Positions 1 to 10,097 are shown, counted from the stretch's first letter. The stretch: DNA of 64,000 nt from Sphingobium sp. (GCA_050252755.1 JBFWKI010000014.1:4347-68346); one strand, 5' to 3'. The notes: generated from the letters alone by a model not told the origin. Numbers and translations are program-made.

Positions 1-639
1 GACGGCTACAACAAGGAAGTTTCCACATCCTACGAGGTCGGCGCGAAAGTCCGCCTCTTCAATCGCCGGCTGTCGATTAACGCCGCCGCATTCAAGACCG
101 ACATTTCCGGCGCGCAGCAATTCCAGTTCCAGCCTTCCGCCGGATTGCAGACCACGATCAGCATCGACAAGGTGAAGCTGAAGGGCTTCGACCTCGATTT
201 CGATGCGCAATTGCCGATGGGCCTGCATCTGTTCGGCGGTTATGGTTACACGCATGGCCGTGTCGCAGCCTTCGCCGGCAACCCGGCGGCGGTCGGCAAT
301 GTCGCGCCGGGGGCTTTCAAATATACGCTGAACCTGGGCGCCAGCCAGATCATCGACCTGACCGACGAATTGACGGTTGTCCCGCGGGTCGAAATGAACC
401 GTTACGGCTCCATCTGGTGGGACGTCGACAATTTCGCGGGCACGAGGCGCAACCCCCTGACGCTGCTGAAGGCGCGCCTTTCGCTCAAAAGCGCCAATGG
501 CTGGGAAATCTCCGCCTATGGGGACAACCTCACCAACAAGAAATATTTTCAGGAAGTCGTGCCGCTGCTGTCGGTCTTCACCGTCAATTATCGCGGCCCG
601 ACCCGCAGTTACGGGCTGGAAGCCCGCGTCGACTTCTGA
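1..639 (+). CDS. TonB-dependent receptor, C-terminal fragment (5' end outside window)
   Basis: Frame 1 is open from base 1. Beta-barrel-like sequence ends in ...RSYGLEARVDF, with the terminal aromatic residue typical of outer-membrane barrels. TGA at 637-639. Confidence 0.85.
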   Translation, partial: DGYNKEVSTSYEVGAKVRLFNRRLSINAAAFKTDISGAQQFQFQPSAGLQTTISIDKVKLKGFDLDFDAQLPMGLHLFGGYGYTHGRVAAFAGNPAAVGNVAPGAFKYTLNLGASQIIDLTDELTVVPRVEMNRYGSIWWDVDNFAGTRRNPLTLLKARLSLKSANGWEISAYGDNLTNKKYFQEVVPLLSVFTVNYRGPTRSYGLEARVDF

Positions 640-698
640 ACCTCTCCCTGGGATCCGGCATGGCGCCGGATCCTTTTTCTTTTCCCGGAAGGAAAGAC

Positions 699-1130
699 AT
701 GAACCTCGAATGGGAACAGGACTGGCTGGAACAGTTCGACAATCGGCTGGAAGAACTGATGGCCAATTATCCCGAAGAGTTTGAATATGAGGATATGAAC
801 TTCGGCGTACGCATAGACAATGATCGCGAAAGGCTGCGTCGCTGGTTCATGACGTTTGAAAATGCCGACCCCGACAAGTCCAGACATTATTTCAATGCGA
901 CCCGCTATCATGGCGATGAACATGGGGGTTGTCTGGAATGGACATGGGAGATCCATCACAGGTCCGATTTTCTGGGCCTGCCCGCAACGGGCAGGACCAC
1001 ATTGGTTCAGGGCATGACTATCCACGCCTTCAGGGATGGAAAGATCGTGCTGGAACGCAGCCTGTGGGATACCGCCGCGCTGATGCGGCAACTGGGCCTT
1101 CAGGCACCGGTCGAAGTGGAGTTTCATTGA
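699..1130 (+). CDS. SnoaL-like / ester-cyclase type NTF2-fold protein
   Basis: ATG at 699 is preceded by GGAAGGAAAG. The 143-aa product (MNLEWEQDW...GMTIHAFRDGKIVLERSLWD) resembles SnoaL-type cyclases. The longer ORF from 417 overlaps the receptor gene and is not used. The stop overlaps the next start (TGATG). Confidence 0.7.
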   Translation: MNLEWEQDWLEQFDNRLEELMANYPEEFEYEDMNFGVRIDNDRERLRRWFMTFENADPDKSRHYFNATRYHGDEHGGCLEWTWEIHHRSDFLGLPATGRTTLVQGMTIHAFRDGKIVLERSLWDTAALMRQLGLQAPVEVEFH

Positions 1131-1897
1131 TGTTCGACCTGACCGGGAAAGCCGCTATCGTTACCGGAGCGGGATCGGGCATCGGCGCCGCCATCGCCCG
1201 GCGCTTTCGTGCCGCCGGCGCCGATGTGCTGGTTGCCGACATCAATCCACAGGCAGAAATGCCGGCCGCGTCATGGGGCTGCGCCTTCCGCCGCACCGAT
1301 GTCGGTCAACCGGATGAAATGGCGGCACTGTGCGAGGCGGCGGCATCCCGTTTCGGCAAGCTCGACATATTGGTCAACAATGCGGGCGTCGCTGCGGCCG
1401 CGGCAATTTCCGATGCCGATGAGGCGCGATCGCAGCGCTTCTGGCGCGTCCATATATTGGGTGTGCAGATGGGCATGAAGGAGGCCGCCGCGCGAATGAT
1501 GGCAGGGGGCGCGATCGTCAACATCTCGTCGATCACCGCGCTGCGCGGCTTCCTGCAATGGGGCGAATATGCGGCGACCAAAGCGGGAATCATCTCGCTG
1601 ACCCAGACCGCCGCTGTCGAATATGGCCCGCGCGGCATCCGCGTAAACTGCATCGCGCCCGGCATCATCGACACACCGCTGGCGATGGACGAAGCCCCCG
1701 GGATGGTGACTCGCAACGCCAATGTCTTTACCCTGCTCGGCCGGATCGGCCAGCCCGATGAACTGGCCGCAGCCGTTCATTTCATGGCGAGCGACGACGC
1801 CAGCTATATCACCGGACAAACGCTGCTGGTGGACGGAGGCTGGAGCACGGGCACCTCGACGCAAGGCATCGAACTGGCGCTATCGACCGCCATGTGA
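1130..1897 (+). CDS. short-chain dehydrogenase/reductase (SDR)
   Basis: MFDLTGKAAIVTGAGSGIGAA (TGxxxGxG), NNAG and YAATKAG (YxxxK) motifs. Start chosen at the ATG overlapping the upstream stop. Confidence 0.9.
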   Translation: MFDLTGKAAIVTGAGSGIGAAIARRFRAAGADVLVADINPQAEMPAASWGCAFRRTDVGQPDEMAALCEAAASRFGKLDILVNNAGVAAAAAISDADEARSQRFWRVHILGVQMGMKEAAARMMAGGAIVNISSITALRGFLQWGEYAATKAGIISLTQTAAVEYGPRGIRVNCIAPGIIDTPLAMDEAPGMVTRNANVFTLLGRIGQPDELAAAVHFMASDDASYITGQTLLVDGGWSTGTSTQGIELALSTAM

Positions 1898-1926
1898 GTG
1901 AGGCGCAGCATCGCATGTCATGGCGC

Positions 1927-2175
1927 TCAGGCCAGAATATGTGCGCCCCAAATCATCATGCCGCTAAAGACCACCAGCACGTCGAAGACCAGCCGCCAGG
2001 CAAATGGCGCAACGCGCAATTCCATATAATGATGCACGATCAGATAGGCCTTGACCGTCGCCGCAAGCATCACCAGCCCGAATTGCCATCCCGCGACACC
2101 GGCGCCGCCGACCCCCGCCAGCGTCGCAAGCATCAGCAGCGCCCAGATCGCGGTGGGACCGGCCGGGCGGGTCAT
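1927..2175 (-). CDS. small membrane protein, prokaryotic oxidase subunit IV-like (COX4_pro / NorF-sized)
   Basis: 82 aa and hydrophobic, with a ...AYLIVHHYMELR segment reminiscent of CyoD/QoxD-type subunit IV family proteins. ATGA overlap with the upstream subunit III-like gene. Confidence 0.55.
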   Translation of the reverse strand: MTRPAGPTAIWALLMLATLAGVGGAGVAGWQFGLVMLAATVKAYLIVHHYMELRVAPFAWRLVFDVLVVFSGMMIWGAHILA

Positions 2176-2747
2176 CGGGCGCCCTGTAGATACAGCAAGG
2201 CGAACAGAAAGACCCAGATCACATCGACCATATGCCAGAAGAGCGCGCAGGATTCGATCCAGCCCGTAAAGCCGGGACCGGTTCGGCCCGGCCGCGCCTT
2301 GGCCAGCGACGCGATCAACAGGGCGATGCCGATGGCGTAATGCAGCAGATGGATGCCGGTGAATATGTAGTAAAAGGTGAAGAATGCATTGGTCTGAAGC
2401 GTCAGGCCGTGTTCGATCTTGGCTGTATATTCAATGGCCTTGACGACACCGAAGCACAGACCGATGCCGATGGCGAATTGCAATCGGCGGCGCGTCTTGC
2501 CTATGTCCTCCGCCCGCGCCGCCTCCACCGCCAACGCGACCAGCCAACCGCTGGTGATCAGGATGACGGTGTTGAGAACCCCCAACCGCAGATCCAGCAT
2601 CGCGGCAGATCGCGCAAACAGAACCGGCTGGGCCATGCGCTCGACCATGAAATAGCCGAAAAACAGAATGAAATTGGCGATGTCGGCCGCGATAAAGGTC
2701 AATATGCCGGGGACCGGCCGGGCGTGGCGCAAGGCTGCGTCATTCAT
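2172..2747 (-). CDS. heme-copper oxidase subunit III family protein (CoxIII/NorE-like)
   Basis: 191 aa and polytopic. FTGIHLLHYAIG and the C-terminal FWHMVDVIWVFLF motif are characteristic of oxidase subunit III. Confidence 0.8.
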   Translation of the reverse strand: MNDAALRHARPVPGILTFIAADIANFILFFGYFMVERMAQPVLFARSAAMLDLRLGVLNTVILITSGWLVALAVEAARAEDIGKTRRRLQFAIGIGLCFGVVKAIEYTAKIEHGLTLQTNAFFTFYYIFTGIHLLHYAIGIALLIASLAKARPGRTGPGFTGWIESCALFWHMVDVIWVFLFALLYLQGAR

Positions 2748-3492
2748 GCGGGGACTGGCCCCCGGCGTCCTTTTCCAATCGGGTCAGGGCGCGAAGCGTG
2801 AAGATCGACAGGATCAGCATCGCCCAGAAAAAGAGCGAAAATTCCACCCAATAATTGAAAAAACCGCTGCGCGAGAAAGGGCCGTCGTGAAAAAAGGGAA
2901 GGAAGCAAAAACCCATGAACACGATCGCCACCCAGATCGCGAACCATGAAACCGGCTTGGGGACAAGCGGCGCGGCGCGCCAATCGTTGAGGAAGCAGAC
3001 GGCGAAAGCCGTGACTTGCAGCATGGTCAATGAAAAGGCCATGTCGAACATGATCCAGCCCGTGTCGTAGAGCATCCTCAATATGGCGGGGTCGGCCTCT
3101 GGCCGGAAGGCGGCGGACAGCCAGAAGGCAGGCGGGAATACCAGCACCAGCGTCGTGAATCCCGCCCCCCATAGCTGCAATCGCGAAAGCACGTCATTGT
3201 CGCGCTCTGCCGCTTCCATCACTTTCGTTATGCCCATTCCCCATATCAGATAGAGCACGCCGGACACCATCATGCCGGTCATGCCGATCCGCGCGGATGT
3301 CGTATGTTCACGGAAATGCGCGGCGATTTCCTGCGCCGGCGCCGCCGCCGAATAGGGGGGAATATTATGTCCCAACAGCGCGAAGAAGATGATCAGAAGG
3401 ACGAGCAGCGCCGGTCCCATCCAGAGGCAGAACCGGACATAGCGAAAGGGGGCGGCCGCTGGCGCGACCCGATCAGGTTCCCATACCGCCAT
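2740..3492 (-). CDS. polytopic membrane protein of unknown function
   Basis: About six hydrophobic spans. Its stop overlaps the CoxIII-like start by 8 nt. Start set at ATG 3492 (MAVWEP...) because the first 41 codons of the 3615-start ORF have visibly lower third-position GC. The true start is uncertain (3615, 3492 or an internal Met). Confidence 0.55.
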   Translation of the reverse strand: MAVWEPDRVAPAAAPFRYVRFCLWMGPALLVLLIIFFALLGHNIPPYSAAAPAQEIAAHFREHTTSARIGMTGMMVSGVLYLIWGMGITKVMEAAERDNDVLSRLQLWGAGFTTLVLVFPPAFWLSAAFRPEADPAILRMLYDTGWIMFDMAFSLTMLQVTAFAVCFLNDWRAAPLVPKPVSWFAIWVAIVFMGFCFLPFFHDGPFSRSGFFNYWVEFSLFFWAMLILSIFTLRALTRLEKDAGGQSPHE

Positions 3493-3662
3493 GTTCACGG
3501 ACGGATGACAGGCAGGCTCGCTGCCAGCTTTGGATGCTTCCACCAGTCTCCACTCCTGCGTTCCGGCATATTGGCCGGTTTTTCCGGCAGGATAGAGTCC
3601 CGCATTCCCCGCCACGATGACTCATCGTGCCGTCACAAGGCCAATCGCGCCAAAGTTGACGG

Positions 3663-4718
3663 TCAGTCGTCGATCTGGCTGCGCCCCTCGACCGACCGGC
3701 CTTCCCGCCACACGCTGGGTCGCTGCGCGGTCCAGCGCATGAAGGCGCGTGAAAAGGTGCTGCTGCTCGAAAAACCCAGCAGATAGGCTATGTTCTCGAC
3801 CGTCAGATCGGCGCGGCGCAGATAGTCATATGCCAGTTCCTCGCGCAGCCGGTCCAGCACCTCCTGAAAGGTCGTGTTCTCCTCTCGCAATCGCCGCAAC
3901 AGCGTACGCTCGGTCATGGCCAGCAGGCGCGCGGTTTCCTGCTTGCTGGGTTCGCCATTGGGAAGCTGGCCGATCAGCGCATCGCGCACCTTGCGGGAAA
4001 AACGGCTGGAAAAGCGAAAAGCGAGATATTTGGCCGTCATCTCGTCCAGCATCGTGGCCAGTTCTTCATTGGCGGAGGGAATCGGCCGTTCCAGCACTTC
4101 GGGCGGGAAAAGAATGCTGTTGATCGGCTGGCCATAGCGTATCGGACAGCGGAACACATCACGATAGACCTGGTCATCGGCAGGCCGGGGGTGGCGAAAG
4201 CTGACCTCGATGGGCGTGATCGTCGCGGATAATATCCATTCGCACAGCAGGAAAAAGCCTGCGAGCATCGTGTCGATCGTCTGGTAGATCGGTTGGCGGC
4301 CCCCAGTATTGAGATCGACCGTCAGGCGATACCCCGCATCCTCAAGCTGAAAGGACACGGCCGCCGAATCCGAAATCAGCCGGGCCGAATGCGCGAAACG
4401 TTCCGCCGCCCGGCGCAGCGTCGAACTGCACGACATGGCGTAACCGACGACATGGAAGGTGGACGGCCGGATATGCCGGGCGACTTTCAGCCCGAAATTA
4501 GGGTCGCCGGTCGCGTCCACGGCGGCGATCCACAGGCTCGTAACCTGATCCTGAGAATAACGATGGCTCAGGTCGCCGACACGGCTGGCGTCCATGCCAA
4601 TGCCGCGCATCAGCTTGTCCGGATCGACGCCCGCGTCATCCAGCGCCTTCACGATCGCCAATATCCACGCCGACAAACCGGTTTGCACGCCGTACCCCTC
4701 CCCCTGCCCGCACTGCAC
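3663..4718 (-). CDS. AraC-family transcriptional regulator (N-terminal ligand-binding domain plus C-terminal HTH)
   Basis: The C-terminus ...IAYLLGFSSSSTFSRAFMRWTAQRPSVWR is a typical AraC HTH. The N-terminal half resembles the OruR/ArgR-type AraC-binding domain. The start could be a few codons downstream. Confidence 0.85.
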   Translation of the reverse strand: MQCGQGEGYGVQTGLSAWILAIVKALDDAGVDPDKLMRGIGMDASRVGDLSHRYSQDQVTSLWIAAVDATGDPNFGLKVARHIRPSTFHVVGYAMSCSSTLRRAAERFAHSARLISDSAAVSFQLEDAGYRLTVDLNTGGRQPIYQTIDTMLAGFFLLCEWILSATITPIEVSFRHPRPADDQVYRDVFRCPIRYGQPINSILFPPEVLERPIPSANEELATMLDEMTAKYLAFRFSSRFSRKVRDALIGQLPNGEPSKQETARLLAMTERTLLRRLREENTTFQEVLDRLREELAYDYLRRADLTVENIAYLLGFSSSSTFSRAFMRWTAQRPSVWREGRSVEGRSQIDD

Positions 4719-4852
4719 GGGTCACGGCCATGTTGCAGAGGCCCGGCGGGAAAGGCAAATTTATGCGACCCGCTTCAGGAAGAAAAAGCGCCGCCAATCG
4801 TGCCGCCGCGGCCAGAGCGCCCATGAAGGATGCAGGATCGGTCGAACAAGGA

Positions 4853-5170
4853 TCAATCCTCTGGCGCGATGATGACGTCCAGCCGCTCGACCGCGTCCCC
4901 GATGATCAACTGGCATGCCAGGCGCGATCGCTCGTCGCGGTGATCGCTGCTGTCGAGAAGGTCATCCTCGTCGTCGGTCATCGCCTCGAACTGCCCGGCC
5001 TGTTCGGGGGATATATAGACATGGCAGGTCGCGCAGGAGCAACATCCGCCGCAAAGCGCCAGCAATTCGTCCAACCCTGCGTCCCTGATGCTCTCCATCA
5101 GGTTGATGCCGGGGACGATCGCAATGTCATGCACATCCCCGCCACGCGAAGTAACCCTTATCACGCTCAT
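4853..5170 (-). CDS. [2Fe-2S] ferredoxin, putidaredoxin/adrenodoxin type
   Basis: 105 aa with [12 protein letters not shown]...C cluster ligands (Cx5Cx2C...C) and the [17 protein letters not shown] motif. ATGA overlap with the upstream hydratase gene. Confidence 0.9.
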   Translation of the reverse strand: MSVIRVTSRGGDVHDIAIVPGINLMESIRDAGLDELLALCGGCCSCATCHVYISPEQAGQFEAMTDDEDDLLDSSDHRDERSRLACQLIIGDAVERLDVIIAPED

Positions 5171-6096
5171 GCCGCAGGCGCCCTGGTTTTCCGGTTCAGA
5201 AATGCCGCGACTCTTTCAGCGGCGGCCGGGGTGCGCGCTATAGTGAGGAAATAGCGGCTTTCGATCCGCAGCGCGGCATTCATGGGCACCTGCGCGCCTT
5301 CATAGACCGCCTTGAGGATGCTCCCGTCCGCATCACGGCCGCGCCCGTCCCCGCGCCGGACGGCGAGAGCCGGACCGAAGGCCGCATATCCCGCCGACGT
5401 GTGGGGGCCGCCTCCGGGCAGACGAAAGCCCTTTTCATCCCATGGCGCATTGTGACGGCCCACCTCGACTATCCATTGCCGCGCCCGGTCCATGGCCTGT
5501 TCGCTGCCGGCCTTCTCATCGATGATGCCCATAACCAGCGCGTCCTCGATACCGATCGGCTCGCCGTCGAGCAGATAAGGCAGCGCCGGATTCATGCCCG
5601 CCAGCCGGATCAAGCGCTGCGTGCCGCCTGCCCCCGGCATCAGGCCGAGCGTCGCTTCCGGCAAGCCCAGACGCAGGCCATCCTCATCTATCGCGATACG
5701 GTAATGACAGCCCAGCGCGAGTTCCAGCCCGCCGCCCAGCGCCACGCCGCCGATCACCGCCACCAAGGGCTTGCCGACCGTTTCAAGGCCGCGAATATGG
5801 CCGCTGAAGTCACTGGCTTCCGACAGGGCCGCCCGCAAGGATTCCTGCGTGTCCGCCGCCCGCCAGCGCTCCATATCGGCTTGCAGTTCATGGAGATCGG
5901 CTCCCGCGCAAAACCCGGCGCTCTTGCCCGAACAAAGGATGGCGCCGACGATCCTTTCATCCTGACGAAGGACATCGGCCAGCAGGCCCAGATCCCGTTG
6001 CACGGCATGACTGATCACATTCATGGATCGGCCCGGCATGTCGAACGTGATGATGGCAACGCCGTCCGCGCCGACATCCATTGTGAAATTTTCCAT
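5167..6096 (-). CDS. enoyl-CoA hydratase/isomerase, stand-alone FadB/FadJ N-terminal-type domain
   Basis: Crotonase motifs CSGKSAGFCAGADL and GGVALGGGLELALGCHYRIA. The C-terminal linker ...ILKAVYEGAQVPMNAALRIESRYF matches the hydratase half of multifunctional FadB. Confidence 0.9.
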   Translation of the reverse strand: MENFTMDVGADGVAIITFDMPGRSMNVISHAVQRDLGLLADVLRQDERIVGAILCSGKSAGFCAGADLHELQADMERWRAADTQESLRAALSEASDFSGHIRGLETVGKPLVAVIGGVALGGGLELALGCHYRIAIDEDGLRLGLPEATLGLMPGAGGTQRLIRLAGMNPALPYLLDGEPIGIEDALVMGIIDEKAGSEQAMDRARQWIVEVGRHNAPWDEKGFRLPGGGPHTSAGYAAFGPALAVRRGDGRGRDADGSILKAVYEGAQVPMNAALRIESRYFLTIARTPAAAERVAAFLNRKTRAPAA

Positions 6097-6111
6097 GTCT
6101 CGTCCTTCCCG

Positions 6112-7317
6112 TCAGACGCGCTCGATGGCCGTCGCGGTCCCCATGCCCGCGCCGACGCAAAGGTTGATGAGCGCCGTCGCCTTGCCCGATCGTTCCAGTT
6201 CGTCCACCATCGTCCCCAAAATCATGCCGCCGGTCGCACCCAATGGATGCCCCATGGCGATCGCGCCGCCGTTGACGTTGATCTTCGCCGGATCGATATC
6301 GAGCGCCTGAATGTAGCGGAGGACCACCGCCGCAAAGGCTTCGTTCAGTTCGAACATATCGATATCATCGCGCTTCATGCCCAGACGGTCGAGCAGCTTG
6401 CGCGTCACGAATTCCGGCCCCGTCAGCATGATGGTCGGGTCGGACCCGATCGAGGCCGCGCCGAGAATCCGCGCGCGGGGCTTCAACCCCGCAGCCTCGC
6501 CCGCTTCCTTCGATCCGATCAGCACGGCTGACGCGCCATCGACGATGCCGGACGAATTGCCGCCATGATGGACATGGTTGATCGGTCCCATGTCGGGATA
6601 GCGCGCCTGCGCCACCGCGTCATAGCCAGACTCCCCCATTTTGACGAAGGCGGGCTTCAGCTTGGCGAGCGAATCCATATCCGTCTGCGGGCGCATATGT
6701 TCGTCATGATCGAGGATGACGAGTCCTGCCTGGTCCAGCACCGGGACGATCGACCGCGCGAAACGGCCTTCCTGCCACGCCCGGGCGGCACGCCGCTGGC
6801 TTTCGACGGCATAGGCATCGACATCGTCCCGCCCGAAGCCGTGAATAGTTGCGATCATGTCGGCGCCGATCCCCTGCGGCGCATAATAATGATCGAAGGC
6901 GAAGGCCGGATCGACCATCATCGCGCCGCCATCGGCCGCCAAGGCGACGCGCGACATGGATTCCACGCCGCCGGCAATAGCGAAGCGCGCCTCGCCCATC
7001 GCGACCTTAGCCGCCGCCATATTGCACGCCTCCAGCCCCGACGCGCAGAAACGGTTGACCTGCACGCCGGGCACGCTCTGATCATAGCCCGCGACCAACG
7101 CGGCGATGCGGGCGATATCGCTCCCCTGCTCCCCCACGGGCATGACGCACCCCATGATCACATCGTCCACCAGCGCGGTGTCGAGGCCATTGCGATCCCG
7201 GATCGCCTGCAACATCTGCGACGCCAGCGAAAGCGCCGTTATCTCATGCAACGAACCGTCCGGTCGTCCTTTTCCGCGAGGAGTACGGACGGCGTCGTAA
7301 ATATAGACATCAGGCAT
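6112..7317 (-). CDS. acetyl-CoA C-acyltransferase (3-ketoacyl-CoA thiolase)
   Basis: [18 protein letters not shown] (active-site Cys), GHPLGATG and the CVGAGMG thiolase signatures. Confidence 0.95.
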   Translation of the reverse strand: MPDVYIYDAVRTPRGKGRPDGSLHEITALSLASQMLQAIRDRNGLDTALVDDVIMGCVMPVGEQGSDIARIAALVAGYDQSVPGVQVNRFCASGLEACNMAAAKVAMGEARFAIAGGVESMSRVALAADGGAMMVDPAFAFDHYYAPQGIGADMIATIHGFGRDDVDAYAVESQRRAARAWQEGRFARSIVPVLDQAGLVILDHDEHMRPQTDMDSLAKLKPAFVKMGESGYDAVAQARYPDMGPINHVHHGGNSSGIVDGASAVLIGSKEAGEAAGLKPRARILGAASIGSDPTIMLTGPEFVTRKLLDRLGMKRDDIDMFELNEAFAAVVLRYIQALDIDPAKINVNGGAIAMGHPLGATGGMILGTMVDELERSGKATALINLCVGAGMGTATAIERV

Positions 7318-7334
7318 CGCGAACGCCCCCTTCT

Positions 7335-8117
7335 TCAGCGCGGAGCGAGACGGATCGCGCCATCCAGGCGGACGGCCTCGCCGTTCAAATAGCTGTTGCC
7401 GATCATGTGCAGCGCGAGCGCCGCATATTCCTCCGGCGCGCCCAGCCGCTTGGGGAAAGGCACCGAGGCACCCAGAGCAAGCTGAACATTTTCGGGCAGG
7501 CCCCGCATCATCGGAGTCAGAAAAAGGCCGGGCAAAATGGTGTTGACGCGGATGCCCTCGCCCATCAGATCGCGGGCGATCGGCAGGGTCATGCCGAGGA
7601 CGCCCGCCTTCGACGCCGAATATGCCGCCTGCCCCATCTGGCCATCCTGCGCCGCGACGCTGGCGGTGCAGACGATAGCGCCGCGCTCGCCGTCCTCCAG
7701 CGGCTCCAGATCGAGCATGCCCTGCGCCGAAGCGGCGATGCAGCGGAACGTGCCCATCAGGTTGATCTGCACGGCCCGCTCGAAATCCTTCATCGGAAAG
7801 CGAGTCGTGCCGCCATCCCCCTTATTGCGCGACACCGTCTTGATGCCATTGGCAATGCCCGCGCAATTGACGAGAATGCGCTCCTGCCCATGGGCCGCGC
7901 GCGCCTTTTCGAACGCCGCATCGACCTGCTCGTCGGAGGTTACGTCCACCTTGCAGAAAATGCCGCCAATCTCTCGCGCCGTCGCTTCGCCGCTCGCCTC
8001 GTTCATGTCGAAGATCGCCACGCGCGCGCCGGCCTGCGCCAATGCCCTCGCGCTTGCCTCACCCAATCCAGAAGCGCCGCCCGTCACCACCGCGGCAACC
8101 TGACCGTCAATCCGCAT
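7335..8117 (-). CDS. SDR-type 3-hydroxyacyl-CoA dehydrogenase (type II HADH-like)
   Basis: Start moved to ATG 8117 ([21 protein letters not shown]). YSASKAG catalytic motif. Overall resemblance to HSD17B10-like HADH, and a paralog of 40728-41501. Confidence 0.9.
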   Translation of the reverse strand: MRIDGQVAAVVTGGASGLGEASARALAQAGARVAIFDMNEASGEATAREIGGIFCKVDVTSDEQVDAAFEKARAAHGQERILVNCAGIANGIKTVSRNKGDGGTTRFPMKDFERAVQINLMGTFRCIAASAQGMLDLEPLEDGERGAIVCTASVAAQDGQMGQAAYSASKAGVLGMTLPIARDLMGEGIRVNTILPGLFLTPMMRGLPENVQLALGASVPFPKRLGAPEEYAALALHMIGNSYLNGEAVRLDGAIRLAPR

Positions 8118-8517
8118 CCTCGCCCACTCCAATTGAAACGTGATTTTCCAATTCTCTGGCATCAGCCTGACGAATGACGAATGGCGCCGGGTGACAAGCG
8201 ATGACTTTTCAGGACAATCTGCGCCGATCACCTGTTCGACAGGCAGAAGGAACGCATGGCCCCCCGGTTGATGGGCCGATTCAAGAGCGGCACCGGACGG
8301 CGCGGCGAAGGCAGGCCATGGCCGTCATGCCTTCAGACAGCGTCGAGGGGCGTTGCCGCCTCTCGATGGAATCCGCCGTGAAAGCGCCGCCCCAGCTGTC
8401 ATTGCGCCGGGCCGGTCCCGGAATTGCGCGCCTGCGAACGCGCCCCGTCCCGCAACGTCTTGCGATGGCCGACGCTTGTGCTAAGCGGGCGGCAAAGGCT
8501 CAGCCCACGGGGATATA

Positions 8518-10056
8518 ATGGTGGCACCATCGCAAGGCGCAAACCGCAGCAAGCTTCATCGCTGGTGGAAAATCTGGGTTATCGGCGGGGTCGATCATGC
8601 CGCCATATTGAAACAGATTGCGGAAGATTCGGGCTGGTCGGGCCGCTATGCGTTCCTCATCCTGATTTCGGCCTCTCTTTCCCTGCTCGGCCTGTTGATG
8701 CCGTCGGTCGCGGTGCTGATCGGGGCCATGCTGCTCTCGCCGCTGATGATGCCGATCATCGGGCTGGGCTTCGGCATCGCCACGCTGGATTTTCGCGAGA
8801 TCCGCCGCGCCGCCTTCGCGCTAGGCATGGGGTCGGCGGTCGCGGTGCTGCTGTCGGTGGTGCTGGTGTCCATCTCTCCGGTGCAGACCATCACCAGCGA
8901 AATCGCCGGGCGCACCCAGCCCACGCTGTTCGATCTGCTGGTCGCGCTGCTCTCCGCCATTGCGGGCGCCTATGCGCTGATCCGGGACCGGGGCGGCACG
9001 GTCGTCGGCGTCGCCATCGCCATCGCGCTGATGCCTCCGCTGGTCGTGGTGGGCTTTGGCCTCGCGACATGGAACTGGACCGTCTTTGCCGGCTCGCTCC
9101 TGCTGTTCCTCACCAACGCCGTGACCATCGCGCTGACCGCCGCGCTGGTCGCGCGCGTTTATGGTTTCGGCAGCCATCTCTCCCCCCATCATACCGGGTG
9201 GCAGCTTGTCCTTTTCATCGTCGCGCTGGGCGTCCTGTCGGTGCCGCTGGGGACGGCGCTGCGTCAGATCGCGTTCGAGGCGGTCGCGCAGCGGCAGGTG
9301 CGCGACACCATTCGCGCGCGCTTTCCCAACGGCGCGCGCCTCAGTCAGGTGGACATAGATTTCGGCCGTTCGCCCATGCAGGTCAGGGCGGTGATGCTGA
9401 CCCCGGACATTGTGGCGGACGTGGACCGGGCGCTCGCCCGGGAGTTGCACCAACGCCTGTCCCAATCGGTGGACATCCATGTCGATCAGTTGCGCACTTC
9501 GCTCGAAACCAGCGCGGCGGAGGCCGCGCAGATCGCGCGGGCCAATGACATGGCCGGACGCGCCGCCACGGCCAATCGCGATCAGGCCGTGACGGCGCTG
9601 GCGCTCATCGCGGGCAGACAGCCCGCAGATGTGGACGTGGACATGGAAGCGCGCGGCCTCTCGGTCGCCGCCGCGGAACTTCCCGGCCTTGGGGTGGAAG
9701 GCTATCATGCGCTGGAAAAGCGGGTGAGCGCCGCCTTTGCCGGATGGTCCGTCGCGCTCGCGCCGCCCGTTACCCTCGCGCCGCCCGATATCGCGATCCG
9801 GCAAGGCGTGGTGGACGCAAAAGCGCTGGACCTTGCCGCATGGGCCTCGGCGCGCCTCTCCCGCGCCCTGTCGGTGACAGGCGGCACCAGCGCCCAACGC
9901 GAGGCAGTGGCCGAAGGTCTTGTCGCGCGCGGGGCGCAGGCCGAAGCGGGGCCGCCGGGCGGCTCGTTGCGCCTGCTCTGGGTGGAACCGCCACCCGAAG
10001 CGGAAGGGCAGGAGGCAGAAGGACAGGAGACCTCGACGCCTTCATCCCGGCCATAG
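8518..10056 (+). CDS. DUF389-family integral membrane protein with long hydrophilic C-terminal extension
   Basis: The N-terminal half (...LLSPLMMPIIGLGFGIA...IAIALMPPLVVVGFGLA...) matches my recollection of the DUF389/TIGR00341 repeat architecture. The C-terminal tail carries a short EAEGQEAEGQE duplication. Confidence 0.8.
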   Translation: MVAPSQGANRSKLHRWWKIWVIGGVDHAAILKQIAEDSGWSGRYAFLILISASLSLLGLLMPSVAVLIGAMLLSPLMMPIIGLGFGIATLDFREIRRAAFALGMGSAVAVLLSVVLVSISPVQTITSEIAGRTQPTLFDLLVALLSAIAGAYALIRDRGGTVVGVAIAIALMPPLVVVGFGLATWNWTVFAGSLLLFLTNAVTIALTAALVARVYGFGSHLSPHHTGWQLVLFIVALGVLSVPLGTALRQIAFEAVAQRQVRDTIRARFPNGARLSQVDIDFGRSPMQVRAVMLTPDIVADVDRALARELHQRLSQSVDIHVDQLRTSLETSAAEAAQIARANDMAGRAATANRDQAVTALALIAGRQPADVDVDMEARGLSVAAAELPGLGVEGYHALEKRVSAAFAGWSVALAPPVTLAPPDIAIRQGVVDAKALDLAAWASARLSRALSVTGGTSAQREAVAEGLVARGAQAEAGPPGGSLRLLWVEPPPEAEGQEAEGQETSTPSSRP

Positions 10057-10097
10057 GGCGCGAGGGGCACAGCCCCCCGTCCGCTCCTTCCTGAACG

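Noticed and set aside
8201-8518. 105-aa ORF in the long gap upstream of the DUF389 gene
   Set aside because: It is Arg/Pro/Ala-rich with no motif. Its third-position GC is clearly lower than in neighbouring genes, it has no SD, and it ends by overlapping the DUF389 start. It is treated as non-coding (see the finding on the gap).
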